From the NCBI GenBank assembly GCA_038244455.1, contig JBBRTK010000001.1:1-51652 (forward strand): a stretch of 51,652 nt of DNA, in the 5' to 3' direction. The position numbers and the translations under genes were made by a program. How positions within the stretch are numbered: the first letter of the stretch is position 1; each line of letters opens with the position of its first letter. Below are positions 1 to 9,659 of this stretch, one piece after another. The stretch comes from Actinomycetota bacterium. Lineage in GTDB: Bacteria; Actinomycetota; UBA4738; HRBIN12. Under the pieces are notes generated by a model. That model was not told the DNA's origin, did no database searches, and saw only the letters and a list, made by a program, of their open reading frames with translations.

Positions 1-202
1 CGACGCGATGATCCCCTCCAGCCGGTTGGTGCCCACATCCTTGAACAAGGGCAGGCCCGTCGTGCTGGACGAACCCACGTCAGAGGTTTCCCTCGCGGTT
101 CGGTCGCTGGCGATGAAGTTCACCGGCTCGGTCGACTCGGCTGAACCGCAAGTGATCCCCACAGTGGTCCGTAAGAAGTTCCGTCTGTTCTCCCGCTCCT
201 AG
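1..202 (+). CDS. C-terminal fragment of a CpaE/TadZ-like (MinD/ParA-type) pilus assembly ATPase; the 5' end lies outside the window
   Basis: The frame is open from the window edge to the stop at 200-202. The segment SSRLVPTSLNKGRPVVLDEPTSEVS resembles the C-terminal part of MinD/CpaE proteins. It sits directly upstream of cpaF-tadB-tadC. Confidence 0.5.
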   Translation, partial: DAMIPSSRLVPTSLNKGRPVVLDEPTSEVSLAVRSLAMKFTGSVDSAEPQVIPTVVRKKFRLFSRS

Positions 203-215
203 GAGGTAGCCCCCG

Positions 216-1535
216 ATGTCACTCGCAGATCGTCTTGCAAAGGCGCAGCAACGAGATCGCATCTCGGATGTCCGCACGCGGGTACAGGAGCGGTTGGTCG
301 AGGTCCTTGGTCCCCGGCTTTACGACTCGACCCTGTCCGACACCGAACTCGAAGGCCTGGTCCACCAACGCCTGCGTGAGCTGCTGGATGAAGAGGAGAG
401 CCCGCTCTCCGCGCAAGAGAAGCTCCTCATCGTCCGGCAGATCGGCGACAGCGTGTTGGGGCTCGGTCCGCTTGAGCCCTACGTGCGGGACCCGGAAGTC
501 ACCGAGATCATGGTGAACAACTGGGACACCATCTACGTGGAGCGCGCGGGAAAGCTCTACTGGACCGGCACGAAGTTCCACGACGAAGGCCAGCTCCGCC
601 GGACCATCGACAAGATCGTGGGCAAGGTCGGCCGGCGCGTGGACGAGGCCAGCCCCTACGTGGATGCGCGTCTGCCCGACGGTTCCCGCGTGAACGCGGT
701 GATCCCGCCGCTCGCGATCGACGGCCCCTGCCTGACCATCCGGAAGTTCGCAGCCGATCCGTACCAGTCCGACGATCTGGTGGAGTTCGGGACCATGACC
801 TCAGCGGTCTCCAAGTTCCTGGAGGCGTGCGTCCGCGGCCGGATCAACATCATGGTGTCCGGGGGCACCGGTGCCGGGAAGACCTCCACGCTGAACGTAT
901 TGTCTTCGTTCATCCCCGATGACGAGCGCATCGTGACCGTCGAGGATGCCGCCGAACTCAAGCTCCAGCAGCCACACGTGGTCCGGCTGGAGTCTCGCCC
1001 GCCCAACATCGAGGGCAAGGGGCAGGTCACTATCCGGGACCTGGTCCGTAACTGCCTCCGTATGCGGCCGGACCGCATCGTGGTCGGCGAGGTTCGTGGT
1101 GCCGAGGCGCTGGACATGCTCCAGGCGATGAACACCGGCCACGACGGTTCGATCAGCACCATCCACTCCAACTCTCCTCGCGACTCGCTGGCGAGACTCG
1201 AAACCATCACGATGATGGCGGGCATGGAGATCTCGTCCAAGGCCATCCGCGAACAGGTGGCCTCGGCGATCCAGCTGATCGTGCACCAGCAACGCCTGAA
1301 GGACGGCACCCGCCGGTTCACGCACGTAACCGAGCTCGCGGGTATGGAGGGGGAGACCATCACACTGCAAGACATCTTCCTCTTCGACTTCACTGAAGGC
1401 ATCGACGACAACGGGCGCTTCAAGGGCCGCCTGAAGGCGACGGGCCTGCGGCCGAAGTTCCTGGACAAGCTGGCCGAGCAGGGCATCAACGTGGACGCGT
1501 CGCTGTTCGCGTTGGAGAAGCGAGGCCCTTCGTGA
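216..1535 (+). CDS. cpaF: CpaF/TadA family type II/IV secretion ATPase (Flp pilus assembly)
   Basis: Walker A motif [44 protein letters not shown] is typical of the VirB11/CpaF family. Operon context with tadB/tadC. Confidence 0.95.
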   Translation: MSLADRLAKAQQRDRISDVRTRVQERLVEVLGPRLYDSTLSDTELEGLVHQRLRELLDEEESPLSAQEKLLIVRQIGDSVLGLGPLEPYVRDPEVTEIMVNNWDTIYVERAGKLYWTGTKFHDEGQLRRTIDKIVGKVGRRVDEASPYVDARLPDGSRVNAVIPPLAIDGPCLTIRKFAADPYQSDDLVEFGTMTSAVSKFLEACVRGRINIMVSGGTGAGKTSTLNVLSSFIPDDERIVTVEDAAELKLQQPHVVRLESRPPNIEGKGQVTIRDLVRNCLRMRPDRIVVGEVRGAEALDMLQAMNTGHDGSISTIHSNSPRDSLARLETITMMAGMEISSKAIREQVASAIQLIVHQQRLKDGTRRFTHVTELAGMEGETITLQDIFLFDFTEGIDDNGRFKGRLKATGLRPKFLDKLAEQGINVDASLFALEKRGPS

Positions 1536-2533
1536 TCGCGAGTTCGTTCCTGTCTTCCTCAGGATTCCAGGTGGTCATCGCCGGGCTGGTACTGGTGACC
1601 GCGTTCGTGGTCGGGTGGCTCCTGTTCGGAACGGCGATGCGAGCGAAGCAGGACAAGGTGATGGCCGCGCGCATGGCCAGCATCACGGGGACCCAGCAAG
1701 CGGGAGTGTCGGGCAGCGACAAGACCGCGGGCGGATGGATCCCGGAGAGCGCGTCCTCGTTCGGCGCCAGGTTCGCCCGTTCGACCGGATTCAGCGATCG
1801 CCTCGACAGGGAACTGGAAGCTGCCGGCGTCACCATGCGATCGGGCGAATTCGTGGTGACGTCGGTCGTTGCCGCGGTGGTGGGCGCGATCGTCGGTGCC
1901 GCGGTGCTCCAGAGCCTGGTTCTTGGCCTGGTGGTGGCCGGATCGGCCGGCGCCGCCCCGACCGTGATCCTGCGGATGGCGCTCAAGCGCCGCGAAGAGA
2001 AGCTCCGGGAACAACTGCCCGACGTCCTCACCATCATGGCGAGTTCGCTTCGTGCGGGGCACAGTTTCCTTCAGGCGCTGGACACGGTGGCCAAGGAGAT
2101 CAACCAGCCCGCTGCCTCTGAGTTCCAGCGCGTTGTCTCCGAGGTGCGCCTGGGGCGTCCCACCGACGACGCGCTGAGCGCGCTGGCCGAGCGGGTCGGC
2201 AGCACCGATTTCCGGTGGGCGGTCATGGCCGTGAACATCCAGCGCGAGGTCGGCGGTAACCTCGCCGAGATCTTGGACACGGTCGCAGACACGCTTCGCG
2301 AACGGGCCACCATGCGCCGCCAGGTGCAAGTGTTGACCGCAGAGGGGCGTCTGTCCGCATGGGTGCTCGGGCTGATGCCGTTCGCCATCGGGCTGTATAT
2401 GTTCGCCGTGAACCCCGACTACATCGGGCTGTTGTTCAAGACCAGGATAGGGCTCATCATGCTGATCGTGGCCGGGTGCCTGTTGTTCGTCGGGGCCTAC
2501 TGGATGAAGAAGGTTGTGGACATCGATGTCTGA
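1532..2533 (+). CDS. tadB: TadB-like type II secretion system F-family membrane protein
   Basis: T2SSF-like segment ([22 protein letters not shown] ... [23 protein letters not shown]) plus TM helices. The GTG start overlaps the cpaF stop (GTGA at 1532-1535). Confidence 0.85.
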   Translation: MIASSFLSSSGFQVVIAGLVLVTAFVVGWLLFGTAMRAKQDKVMAARMASITGTQQAGVSGSDKTAGGWIPESASSFGARFARSTGFSDRLDRELEAAGVTMRSGEFVVTSVVAAVVGAIVGAAVLQSLVLGLVVAGSAGAAPTVILRMALKRREEKLREQLPDVLTIMASSLRAGHSFLQALDTVAKEINQPAASEFQRVVSEVRLGRPTDDALSALAERVGSTDFRWAVMAVNIQREVGGNLAEILDTVADTLRERATMRRQVQVLTAEGRLSAWVLGLMPFAIGLYMFAVNPDYIGLLFKTRIGLIMLIVAGCLLFVGAYWMKKVVDIDV

Positions 2534-3461
2534 GACCGTCTTCCTGGTCGTTGGGGTCGTGGCGGTGATAGGCGCCGTGTTCCTGGGCGGCGTCGCGCTC
2601 GATCCTTCCGGCGGCGACAAGAGTCGTGCGATGAAGCTCCTCCAATCTCAGGTTGGATCGCAGTCCATCCCTGATCTCCGCGAACAGAGCCTGCAGGAGA
2701 ACTTCGGTAAGCGAGTGCTTGTGCCGGTCGTGGCGGCCGCGGGCAGGGTGGCGAAGCGCATCACGCCGATCGACGCGCGCCAGCGGCTTGCCAAGAAGCT
2801 CCTGCTGGCGGGTGGCCCGGCCGGGTGGGACGCCGAACGGGTCATGGCCTTCAAGGCCATCGGTCTGGTGGGCGGGCTCATCCTGGGGTTCGTCGTGGCC
2901 AGCCTGATGCATCTCAGCGGTTTCCTGGTGTTCGTGGTGGCCGGACTCATGACGTTCGTCGGGTTCGTGCTACCGGACTCCATCCTGGGCCGGCGGGTCC
3001 AGGAGCGGCAGCAGGAGATCCTGCGAACGCTCTCGGACACCCTGGACCTGCTGACCATCAGCGTCGAGGCGGGGCTTTCGCTGAACGCCGCCATCGCCCA
3101 GGTGGTGCAGAACGTGCCCGGGGTCCTGTCGTCGGAGTTCGCCCGGATGCTGCAGGAGATACAGCTGGGGGTCCCGCGTTCGGATGCGTTCCGTCATCTC
3201 GCTGAACGCACGGACGTGGAGGAGCTCAACGCGTTCGCGCTGGCCATGGTCCAGGCGGATGTCTTCGGGGTGTCCATCGCCAGCGTACTCCGGACCCAGG
3301 CGCAGCAGCTCAGGATCAAGCGGCGCCAGCGGGCCGAGGGCAAGGCCCAGCAGACCCCCGTCAAGATCGTGTTCCCGTTGATCCTGTGTGTGATGCCCGC
3401 GCTCTTCATCGTGATCATCGGGCCGGGAGCCATCCGGATCACGCAGAACCTTTTCAAGTAG
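2526..3461 (+). CDS. tadC: TadC-like type II secretion system F-family membrane protein
   Basis: T2SSF-like segment (LSDTLDLLTISVEAGLSLNAAIAQV ... AMVQADVFGVSIASVL). I prefer ATG 2526 (MSETVF...) over TTG 2514. It overlaps the tadB stop by 8 nt. Confidence 0.85.
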   Translation: MSETVFLVVGVVAVIGAVFLGGVALDPSGGDKSRAMKLLQSQVGSQSIPDLREQSLQENFGKRVLVPVVAAAGRVAKRITPIDARQRLAKKLLLAGGPAGWDAERVMAFKAIGLVGGLILGFVVASLMHLSGFLVFVVAGLMTFVGFVLPDSILGRRVQERQQEILRTLSDTLDLLTISVEAGLSLNAAIAQVVQNVPGVLSSEFARMLQEIQLGVPRSDAFRHLAERTDVEELNAFALAMVQADVFGVSIASVLRTQAQQLRIKRRQRAEGKAQQTPVKIVFPLILCVMPALFIVIIGPGAIRITQNLFK

Positions 3462-3612
3462 GCTGGCCGATGACCGCCCTTCGTCCTAGGCCATGGGGCC
3501 TACGACCGTTGGGAGCAACCCCTAGGTCGCAAGAAGTGTCCGTTCGTAGGTAGCGCTGACTACAGCTGACCAGGTAGTGTCCCGATACCGGAAGGCCCAT
3601 AGGAGACCGTAG

Positions 3613-5088
3613 ATGCAGGGACGCGTTGAGGATGTCACCGCTGGGGAGGCGCGCGCGCGCCGACCTAGGATCGCGGCGTCCGCTCTCCGCAGTGATGGGC
3701 TGCAGTCCGCCAGGGCCGACTACCGACGCCTTTACCGGATGATCGCCGTCACCGACACGCTGTCCATCGCCTTCTCCATGGTGGCCGCGTACTGGTCCCG
3801 ATTCGGATTGCGGATCCCCGAGGGTGACTTCCTGCTGGTGCTTCTAGGGGCACCATTCGTTGTTGTCGCGGTGTTCGCCGCCTTCGATCTCTATGAGGCC
3901 CACCGGCTCGCGCCGGCTGAGGAGTTCCGCCGGATCATCCTGGCGGTGTCACTCGGGCTGACGGGGCTGGTCACCCTCTCGTTCTGGTCGCAGGCCTCCT
4001 TCTCTCGTTCCTGGCTGGCTCTTACATGGGCGCTTTCCCTGATCTTGGCGCTTGGCTCACGCAGGGTGTGGCATTACTGGATCGGGCGCGCTCGGATAGC
4101 CGGGCGGTTGTCCTTCCCGACCATCATCGTGGGCACCAACCAGGAGGCCGCGCACCTGGCCGACGTGATGCGCCGTCCCGCGTTCGGCTTCAGGGCCATC
4201 GGCATGGTCACGACGGCAGAAGCTGCGGCCGCGTCCGCCCACTTGCCCATCCTGGGGCCGATAGGCGATCTTCGTGAACTCATCCGCGAGACGAGGGCCG
4301 AATGTGTCTTCGTTGCATCGAGCGCGATGTCTCCCGAGGAGATGGGGAACGTGGCGAAGGCAGTTCGGCTGGAAGGGGTCGAGGTTCGTATCACGGCCAC
4401 CATGCCGGAAGTGCTGGCGTCGCGGTTGACCGTTCAACCGCTCGGCGGCCTGACGGCGTTGTCGCTTCGACCCGTTCGCCTGACCGGAACACAGGTTGTC
4501 GCGAAGCGAGCATTCGATCTGGTGGTCGCCGGCGTCGGCACGTTCTTGCTCACGCCGGTCTTCTTGGTCATCGCCGGCTCGATCAAACTCACTTCTTCCG
4601 GACCCGTTTTCTTCCGCCAGCGCCGGGTGGGCCACCGCGGGCGGCCCTTCACCATCCTCAAGTTCCGCACGATGCAGGTCGGCGCCGACCAGATGATCAA
4701 CGATCTTCGGGAGCAACATGGCGTCGAGACCCTGATGTTCAAGCTCAAGGATGACCCTCGCGTCACTCGGGTGGGACGGTTCCTTCGCAAGCTCAGCTTG
4801 GACGAGTTCCCGCAGCTCATCAACGTGATCAAGGGCGACATGAGCCTGGTTGGCCCTCGGCCGCCGCTGCCCGAAGAGGTGACGCAGTACGCGGATTGGC
4901 AATTCGACCGCCTGGAGGTGCCGCCGGGGATCACTGGACTCTGGCAGGTCAGTGGCAGGAGCGAACTGTCGTTCGACGACTGTGTTCGTTTGGATCTCTT
5001 CTACATCGAGAACTGGTCCATCGCCTACGACCTCTTCATCCTGGCGAAGACGCTCCCCGCGCTGATCTCCTCCCGCGGGGCCTACTGA
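3613..5088 (+). CDS. Polyprenyl-phosphate glycosyl-1-phosphate transferase (WbaP/WcaJ-like exopolysaccharide initiating sugar transferase)
   Basis: N-terminal TM helices and a central Rossmann-like region. C-terminal bacterial sugar-transferase signature: KRAFDLVVAGV...FRQRRVG..FTILKFRTM...LDEFPQLINVIKGDMSLVGPRPP...GITGLWQVSGRS. Confidence 0.9.
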   Translation: MQGRVEDVTAGEARARRPRIAASALRSDGLQSARADYRRLYRMIAVTDTLSIAFSMVAAYWSRFGLRIPEGDFLLVLLGAPFVVVAVFAAFDLYEAHRLAPAEEFRRIILAVSLGLTGLVTLSFWSQASFSRSWLALTWALSLILALGSRRVWHYWIGRARIAGRLSFPTIIVGTNQEAAHLADVMRRPAFGFRAIGMVTTAEAAAASAHLPILGPIGDLRELIRETRAECVFVASSAMSPEEMGNVAKAVRLEGVEVRITATMPEVLASRLTVQPLGGLTALSLRPVRLTGTQVVAKRAFDLVVAGVGTFLLTPVFLVIAGSIKLTSSGPVFFRQRRVGHRGRPFTILKFRTMQVGADQMINDLREQHGVETLMFKLKDDPRVTRVGRFLRKLSLDEFPQLINVIKGDMSLVGPRPPLPEEVTQYADWQFDRLEVPPGITGLWQVSGRSELSFDDCVRLDLFYIENWSIAYDLFILAKTLPALISSRGAY

Positions 5089-5092
5089 GGTA

Positions 5093-6016
5093 GTGCCCGG
5101 GTGGCCGAGCGTGACCGTGGTCATCCCGACCCGGGACCGTCCGACAGAGCTGCGTCACGCCCTTGCATCGATCCTCACGCAGGACTACCCGGGTGATCTG
5201 GTGTGCGAGGTGGTGTTCGATCAGGCGGAGCCGTTCGACCTCTCTGACATGATCCCCACGCGGAGCGGCCGAACGTTGATGGTGACCCGCAACGTCCGCA
5301 CGCCTGGAGCGGCGGGCGCGCGGAACACTGGGGTGGACGCGTCCTTCGGCGACCTCATCGCGTTCTGTGACGACGACGATGAGTGGTTGCCGGGCAAGCT
5401 CTCGACGCAGGTGGAGGCCCTGCACGCCGATCCAGACGCCAAGGTCGTGCTCACCGGCGTCGAGATCTGGCAAGGCGGCGTCCGGACAACCCTGTTGCCG
5501 GATGCCATCTCCTTGACCAGCGAGGATCTCTGCCGAGCACGGGTAACAGACCTGCACACATCGACGTTGCTGGTGGGACGTGAGGCGTACGAACGTGCTA
5601 TCGGTCCGTTCGATGAAGCGTGTCCGGAAGGGTATGGGGAGGCCTACGAATGGCTGCTGCGCGCATCGGGGCAGGCGCCCGTGGTCGTGGTGCGTGATCC
5701 GTTGGTGCGCATGTCCCACGGGGGCGCGTTCGATCTGGCCGATCGATCCCAGGCCATCGTGGATGGGACCCGGTACCTGTTGGCGGTTCATCCCGAACTC
5801 CGTCGATGCCGCCAGGGGATCTCCCGCATGGAGGGGGCTGTTGCCGTCGCCTACGCGCTGCTCGGGCGCCGGCGCGAAGCCCGGCGCTGGGCACTACTGA
5901 GTATCAGACACGGGCCCGCGGAGAAACGTTCGTACATCGCCCTAGCAGCGAGCACCAGGCTCGTCGGGACCGCAACCATCGCGCGCTGGGCCGGGCGGAC
6001 CGACTTCAGGGGGTAG
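5093..6016 (+). CDS. Family 2 glycosyltransferase
   Basis: VTVVIPTRDRPTELRHALASILTQDYP and the DDDDEW (DxD-type) motif. Immediately downstream of the initiating sugar transferase. Confidence 0.85.
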   Translation: MPGWPSVTVVIPTRDRPTELRHALASILTQDYPGDLVCEVVFDQAEPFDLSDMIPTRSGRTLMVTRNVRTPGAAGARNTGVDASFGDLIAFCDDDDEWLPGKLSTQVEALHADPDAKVVLTGVEIWQGGVRTTLLPDAISLTSEDLCRARVTDLHTSTLLVGREAYERAIGPFDEACPEGYGEAYEWLLRASGQAPVVVVRDPLVRMSHGGAFDLADRSQAIVDGTRYLLAVHPELRRCRQGISRMEGAVAVAYALLGRRREARRWALLSIRHGPAEKRSYIALAASTRLVGTATIARWAGRTDFRG

Positions 6017-6155
6017 CCGGAACTCGGTCCGCCTCGCGCGCAGCCACGAGTGCGGCTGCCGCGAACCATCCCTCAGCCTGCTCGAAGCGACCGGAGGCCA
6101 CCGCCTCTGCGTATTCCTTCGCGATCAGGTCCAGGGTCGAGGTCAGAAGCTTCAT
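6006..6155 (-). CDS. Possible 49-aa small ORF (MKLLTSTLDLIAKEYAEAVASGRFEQAEGWFAAAALVAAREADRVPATP); hypothetical
   Basis: ATG at 6155-6153 and TGA at 6008-6006. Below the ORF-track length cut-off. No clear SD and no recognisable family. Its 3' end overlaps the GT2 gene end by 11 nt. Confidence 0.2.
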   Translation of the reverse strand: MKLLTSTLDLIAKEYAEAVASGRFEQAEGWFAAAALVAAREADRVPATP

Positions 6156-6196
6156 ACACCGGGTATCGGCCGCGCGGGAGAGAACCTTGACCGTCG

Positions 6197-6216
6197 GCGG
6201 GGTTGTTCAACCCCGC
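6197..6216 (+). other. Short GC hairpin (GCGGGGTT-GTTC-AACCCCGC) 17 nt upstream of the pheA ATG
   Basis: 8-bp perfect stem and 4-nt loop read directly. It could be a terminator for upstream transcription or a structure in the pheA leader. Confidence 0.3.
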
Positions 6217-6233
6217 TGTTACCCTTGCGAGCC

Positions 6234-7055
6234 ATGAAGATCGCCTACCAGGGAGAACCCGGCGCGTACTCGGAGCGTGCCGTCCGGGGGCTGTTCCCCG
6301 ACGCCGACACCCTGCCGTGCGACAGCGTTCGACTGGTGTTCAGCCGAGTGACCAGCGGTGAGGCCGACTTCGGTGTGGTTCCCATGGAGAACTCCCAGGC
6401 AGGGTCGGTCAACGAGACCTACGACCTGCTGCTGCACACCAGCTTGCTGAAGATGGTGGGGGAGATCATCGTTCGGGTGGACCACGCGCTCCTGGGGGTG
6501 CCTGGTGCGCGGCTGGAGGATATCCGCCGCGCCCATTCACACTGGCAGGCCTTGGCGCAATGCGACGACTTCCTGGCCTCGATGCGGATCGAAACGGTGC
6601 CGGTGCACGACACCGCCGGGGCCGCTCGCAAGATCGCCGAGGCGGGCGATCCGCACGACGCCGCCATCGCCAGCGTCGTCGCCGCAGCCAACTACGGCCT
6701 GGCCGTGCTGGCCGAACGGATCCAGACCGACAAAGAGAACTTCACGAAGTTCGCGGTCATCGGATCCGGGGACGCGGGGCTGGGGCAGCCGGACAAGACC
6801 AGCCTGGTCATGGCGGTCCTGGATCAGGCCGGGTCGCTGCTGGCATCACTGAAGCCGTTCGCCGATCGCGGGTTGAACCTCCACAAACTCGAGTCCCGTC
6901 CGCGGCCCGGCAAGGCGTTCGAATACGTGTTCTACGTGGACCTCATGGCGCCGGCGGATGCCCCGGACGTCCAGGCGGCGCTCAAGGAAGTCGCAGCGCA
7001 CACCTCGCTGCTGCGGATCCTCGGGTCCTACCCGTCGGCGGGCGACGCGGTTTGA
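6234..7055 (+). CDS. pheA: Prephenate dehydratase
   Basis: MKIAYQGEPGAYSE N-terminus, ENSQAGSV motif, and a C-terminal ACT domain (LHKLESRPRPGKAFEYVFYVDL). ATG 6234 preferred over TTG 6225. Confidence 0.9.
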   Translation: MKIAYQGEPGAYSERAVRGLFPDADTLPCDSVRLVFSRVTSGEADFGVVPMENSQAGSVNETYDLLLHTSLLKMVGEIIVRVDHALLGVPGARLEDIRRAHSHWQALAQCDDFLASMRIETVPVHDTAGAARKIAEAGDPHDAAIASVVAAANYGLAVLAERIQTDKENFTKFAVIGSGDAGLGQPDKTSLVMAVLDQAGSLLASLKPFADRGLNLHKLESRPRPGKAFEYVFYVDLMAPADAPDVQAALKEVAAHTSLLRILGSYPSAGDAV

Positions 7056-7081
7056 CCCCCCTGCGGCGCTGCCGGCGATAG

Positions 7082-8662
7082 GTGATGCCCGCCCCGGCGC
7101 ACCGCCCGCAGCCGAAGGTGCCGTTCGCGGTGGTGCTGCTCGCGCTGGTCCTGATCGCGGGCGTGGCGTACCTGATCACCTCGGGGGGCGGCCGGATGGC
7201 AGAGGACAACGCGACCGGACCCACATCCACGCCGCCGCCCTCATCCGCCGGGTCGCCCGACATGACCAATTCGCCCGTCTCCCACATCGATGCTGCCGGC
7301 GTCTACACGCCCGGACCCATCGACCCCTCCCATCCGGGCCTGCGCACGTTCCGCGGCAACTACAGCCGTGATTACTACGGTGAGGGGCCGGTGCCAACGC
7401 ACCCCGTGGTCCGCTGGCGGTTCCCCCAGACAGGTGGTCTTTGCGGATCGAGCAGCGATAAGATCTTCGGGTCGCGAACGTGGTGCGGCACGGGCTGGAC
7501 AGGTCAACCCAACGTCATCCCGATGGCAGGCGGCAAGGTCGAGGTTCGCGAGGGCGCGTACGACTTCAAGTATCACTTCCTGGACGGGACGAAGGGGGTG
7601 CCCACGCGCCCGCCGCTGGCGACCAAGGACCTGGCCAAGGGGTCGGCCACGAGCGACTCCAACGGCTACCCGCTCTATTACGGCGGGTCGCGTGATAACA
7701 AACTGCGAGTGATCGCCATGGACGGAGCACGCCCGCACGTGCTTTGGGAGTTCAACTCGAACTCCCAGCCGGGGAAGGTGTGGAACAACGACTGGGACGC
7801 CGCGCCCCTGCAGGTCGGGGACTATCTGCTGGAAGGCGGCGAGAACTCCTGGTTCTACGTGATCCGCCTCAACCGTGGCTACGACGCCGCGGGCAACGTC
7901 ACCGTGGATCCGAAGATCGTCATGCGGGTACCGGGCTGGGACGCGCAGCTCCGCCAGCAGGTCACCGACGCGGACATCTCGATCGAGAACTCGGTGGCGT
8001 TCCGGAGCGGCGTCGCGTACTTCTCCAACTCCGCCGGGCTGGTCCAAGGATGGGATATCAGCAACATCCTGGCCGGCGGCACCGCGTACAAGCGCGTGTT
8101 CAGGTTCTGGAACGGCGACGACACGGACGCGACCATCGTGATCGATCCCGCCGGGGACCTGATCGTGGGGCGGAAGATGGAGGCGAACGTCGCGCGTCCC
8201 GAGTCGCTGCACCGCGATCACCAGATCGGCAGCTTGATGAAGCTCGACCCCTCGAACCCCGCCAGCCCTGTCGTCTGGTCCGTCCAGGTCGGAGGGTTCG
8301 CCCCGGACAACGGCATCCTGGGCACGCCGGCGCTCTACGACGGGGTCGTGTACGCGACGTACACGGAAGGCGGCGTGGTTGCGGTCGATGAGATGACGGG
8401 CAGGCTGCTGTGGACCCTGCCCGTGGCCGGTCCCACGTGGTCCTCACCGGTGCCGATCGACGGGAAGCTCATCATCGGAGACGGCGCCGGCCACCTGAAC
8501 TGCTGGCAGTTGAACCCTGACCACGTGACGCCGCCGCACCTGCTGTGGCGCTTGCACGTCGGCGGCATCATCGAGTCAACTCCGGCCCTCTGGCACGGCT
8601 GGATCTACGTCGGAACCCGCGACGGCGGCATCTACGGGATCGCCGACCCCCATCGCCGCTGA
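7082..8662 (+). CDS. Membrane-anchored PQQ-like beta-propeller repeat protein (BamB-like fold), function unknown
   Basis: N-terminal TM helix (FAVVLLALVLIAGVAYLI) and a Pro/Ser linker. Repeated propeller blades such as GTPALYDGVVYATYTEGGVVAVDEMTGRLLWTL and IESTPALWHGWIYVGTRDGGIYG. Confidence 0.7.
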   Translation: MMPAPAHRPQPKVPFAVVLLALVLIAGVAYLITSGGGRMAEDNATGPTSTPPPSSAGSPDMTNSPVSHIDAAGVYTPGPIDPSHPGLRTFRGNYSRDYYGEGPVPTHPVVRWRFPQTGGLCGSSSDKIFGSRTWCGTGWTGQPNVIPMAGGKVEVREGAYDFKYHFLDGTKGVPTRPPLATKDLAKGSATSDSNGYPLYYGGSRDNKLRVIAMDGARPHVLWEFNSNSQPGKVWNNDWDAAPLQVGDYLLEGGENSWFYVIRLNRGYDAAGNVTVDPKIVMRVPGWDAQLRQQVTDADISIENSVAFRSGVAYFSNSAGLVQGWDISNILAGGTAYKRVFRFWNGDDTDATIVIDPAGDLIVGRKMEANVARPESLHRDHQIGSLMKLDPSNPASPVVWSVQVGGFAPDNGILGTPALYDGVVYATYTEGGVVAVDEMTGRLLWTLPVAGPTWSSPVPIDGKLIIGDGAGHLNCWQLNPDHVTPPHLLWRLHVGGIIESTPALWHGWIYVGTRDGGIYGIADPHRR

Positions 8663-8668
8663 GCCGTC

Positions 8669-9625
8669 CTAGGCTCGGGGTCCGAACACCACGGTGTGCC
8701 AGTGCGCCGTGCCGTAGATGCAGAGCGCGACCGTCAGCGCCGCGAGCCCCAGGAACCCGACGATCATGATCGCGCGCTTCGTCTGGGGGCTGCCGGTCCC
8801 TTCCGCGATGTAGAGCGCGGCCGCCCCAACCACCAGCCCGCCCACATGCGCGCGCCAATCGATCACCTTGATCTGAAAGGACAGGAACAGGTTGAGGAAC
8901 ACCCAGGGCATGATCGCCTGGAGCCGGGCGCGGTAGAACCGCATGTGACGCCGGCGGTAGTTGTAGGCGACGAACGCCCCCAGCAACCCGTAGATGGCCC
9001 CCGAGGCGCCGACCCCCACGTGTCCCGCCCCGAAGGCGTAGGAGAACGCGCCGCCCGCCAACCCGCTGATCAGGTACACCGCGAGCATCTTCATCGAACC
9101 CAGTTCGTCTTCCAGGACGCGGCCGAAGAGCCAGAGGCCGTACATGTTGAGCGCGATGTGGATGATCCCGGCGTGGAGGAACATGCTGGTGATGAGCCGC
9201 CAGTACTCCCCGGTCGCGATGCCGGCCACGGCGCCGGAGGGGAGTTGGAAGTAGGGGATGGAAGCCCCCAGACGGGCTAGTTGTTCGGGCGCCGGTCCCG
9301 TGAGGAGACTTCCCGCGCCGCCCGCTACCAGCTCGACGGCGAACGCGGCGAAGTTCAGCGCGATGAGGACCTTGGTGACGGTGACGTTGCTGCGGCGGGC
9401 TCCGGCCACCACGGAGCGACGCCCGCTTCCCTTCGCGAACTCACGCTTGGATCGGCCGACGCACTCGGGGCATTGATAGCCGACCGGCGCGGGGATCATG
9501 CAGTCCGGGCAGATGGGCCGGTTGCAACGGGTGCAGTGGACACCGGTCTGCTCAGCAGGATGCCGGTAGCAGAACTCCGGCGTGAACGCCGACGGCGGTG
9601 GGGGAAGGGACTCCGGGTTCGCCAT
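8669..9625 (-). CDS. Rhomboid family intramembrane serine protease with an N-terminal zinc-ribbon
   Basis: CYRHP..CTRCNRPICPDC...CPEC zinc-ribbon, multiple TM helices, HAGIIHIALNM and the catalytic GASGAIYGLLGA motif. Confidence 0.9.
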   Translation of the reverse strand: MANPESLPPPPSAFTPEFCYRHPAEQTGVHCTRCNRPICPDCMIPAPVGYQCPECVGRSKREFAKGSGRRSVVAGARRSNVTVTKVLIALNFAAFAVELVAGGAGSLLTGPAPEQLARLGASIPYFQLPSGAVAGIATGEYWRLITSMFLHAGIIHIALNMYGLWLFGRVLEDELGSMKMLAVYLISGLAGGAFSYAFGAGHVGVGASGAIYGLLGAFVAYNYRRRHMRFYRARLQAIMPWVFLNLFLSFQIKVIDWRAHVGGLVVGAAALYIAEGTGSPQTKRAIMIVGFLGLAALTVALCIYGTAHWHTVVFGPRA

Positions 9626-9659
9626 GGAATCATGGTACGGGGCTTGGCCCGGTTCGCGG

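Noticed and set aside
3462-3612. Possible small RNA or tRNA in the AT-richer gap after tadC
   Set aside because: There is no cloverleaf-compatible sequence (no GTTCRANYC T-loop). Only a 6-bp TAGGCC/GGCCTA hairpin and two CCTAGG sites are present. This is most simply a promoter/terminator spacer.
6017-6233. Phe-codon-rich leader peptide / classic attenuator for pheA
   Set aside because: No short ORF with consecutive Phe codons exists in the region. Only a single small hairpin is present.
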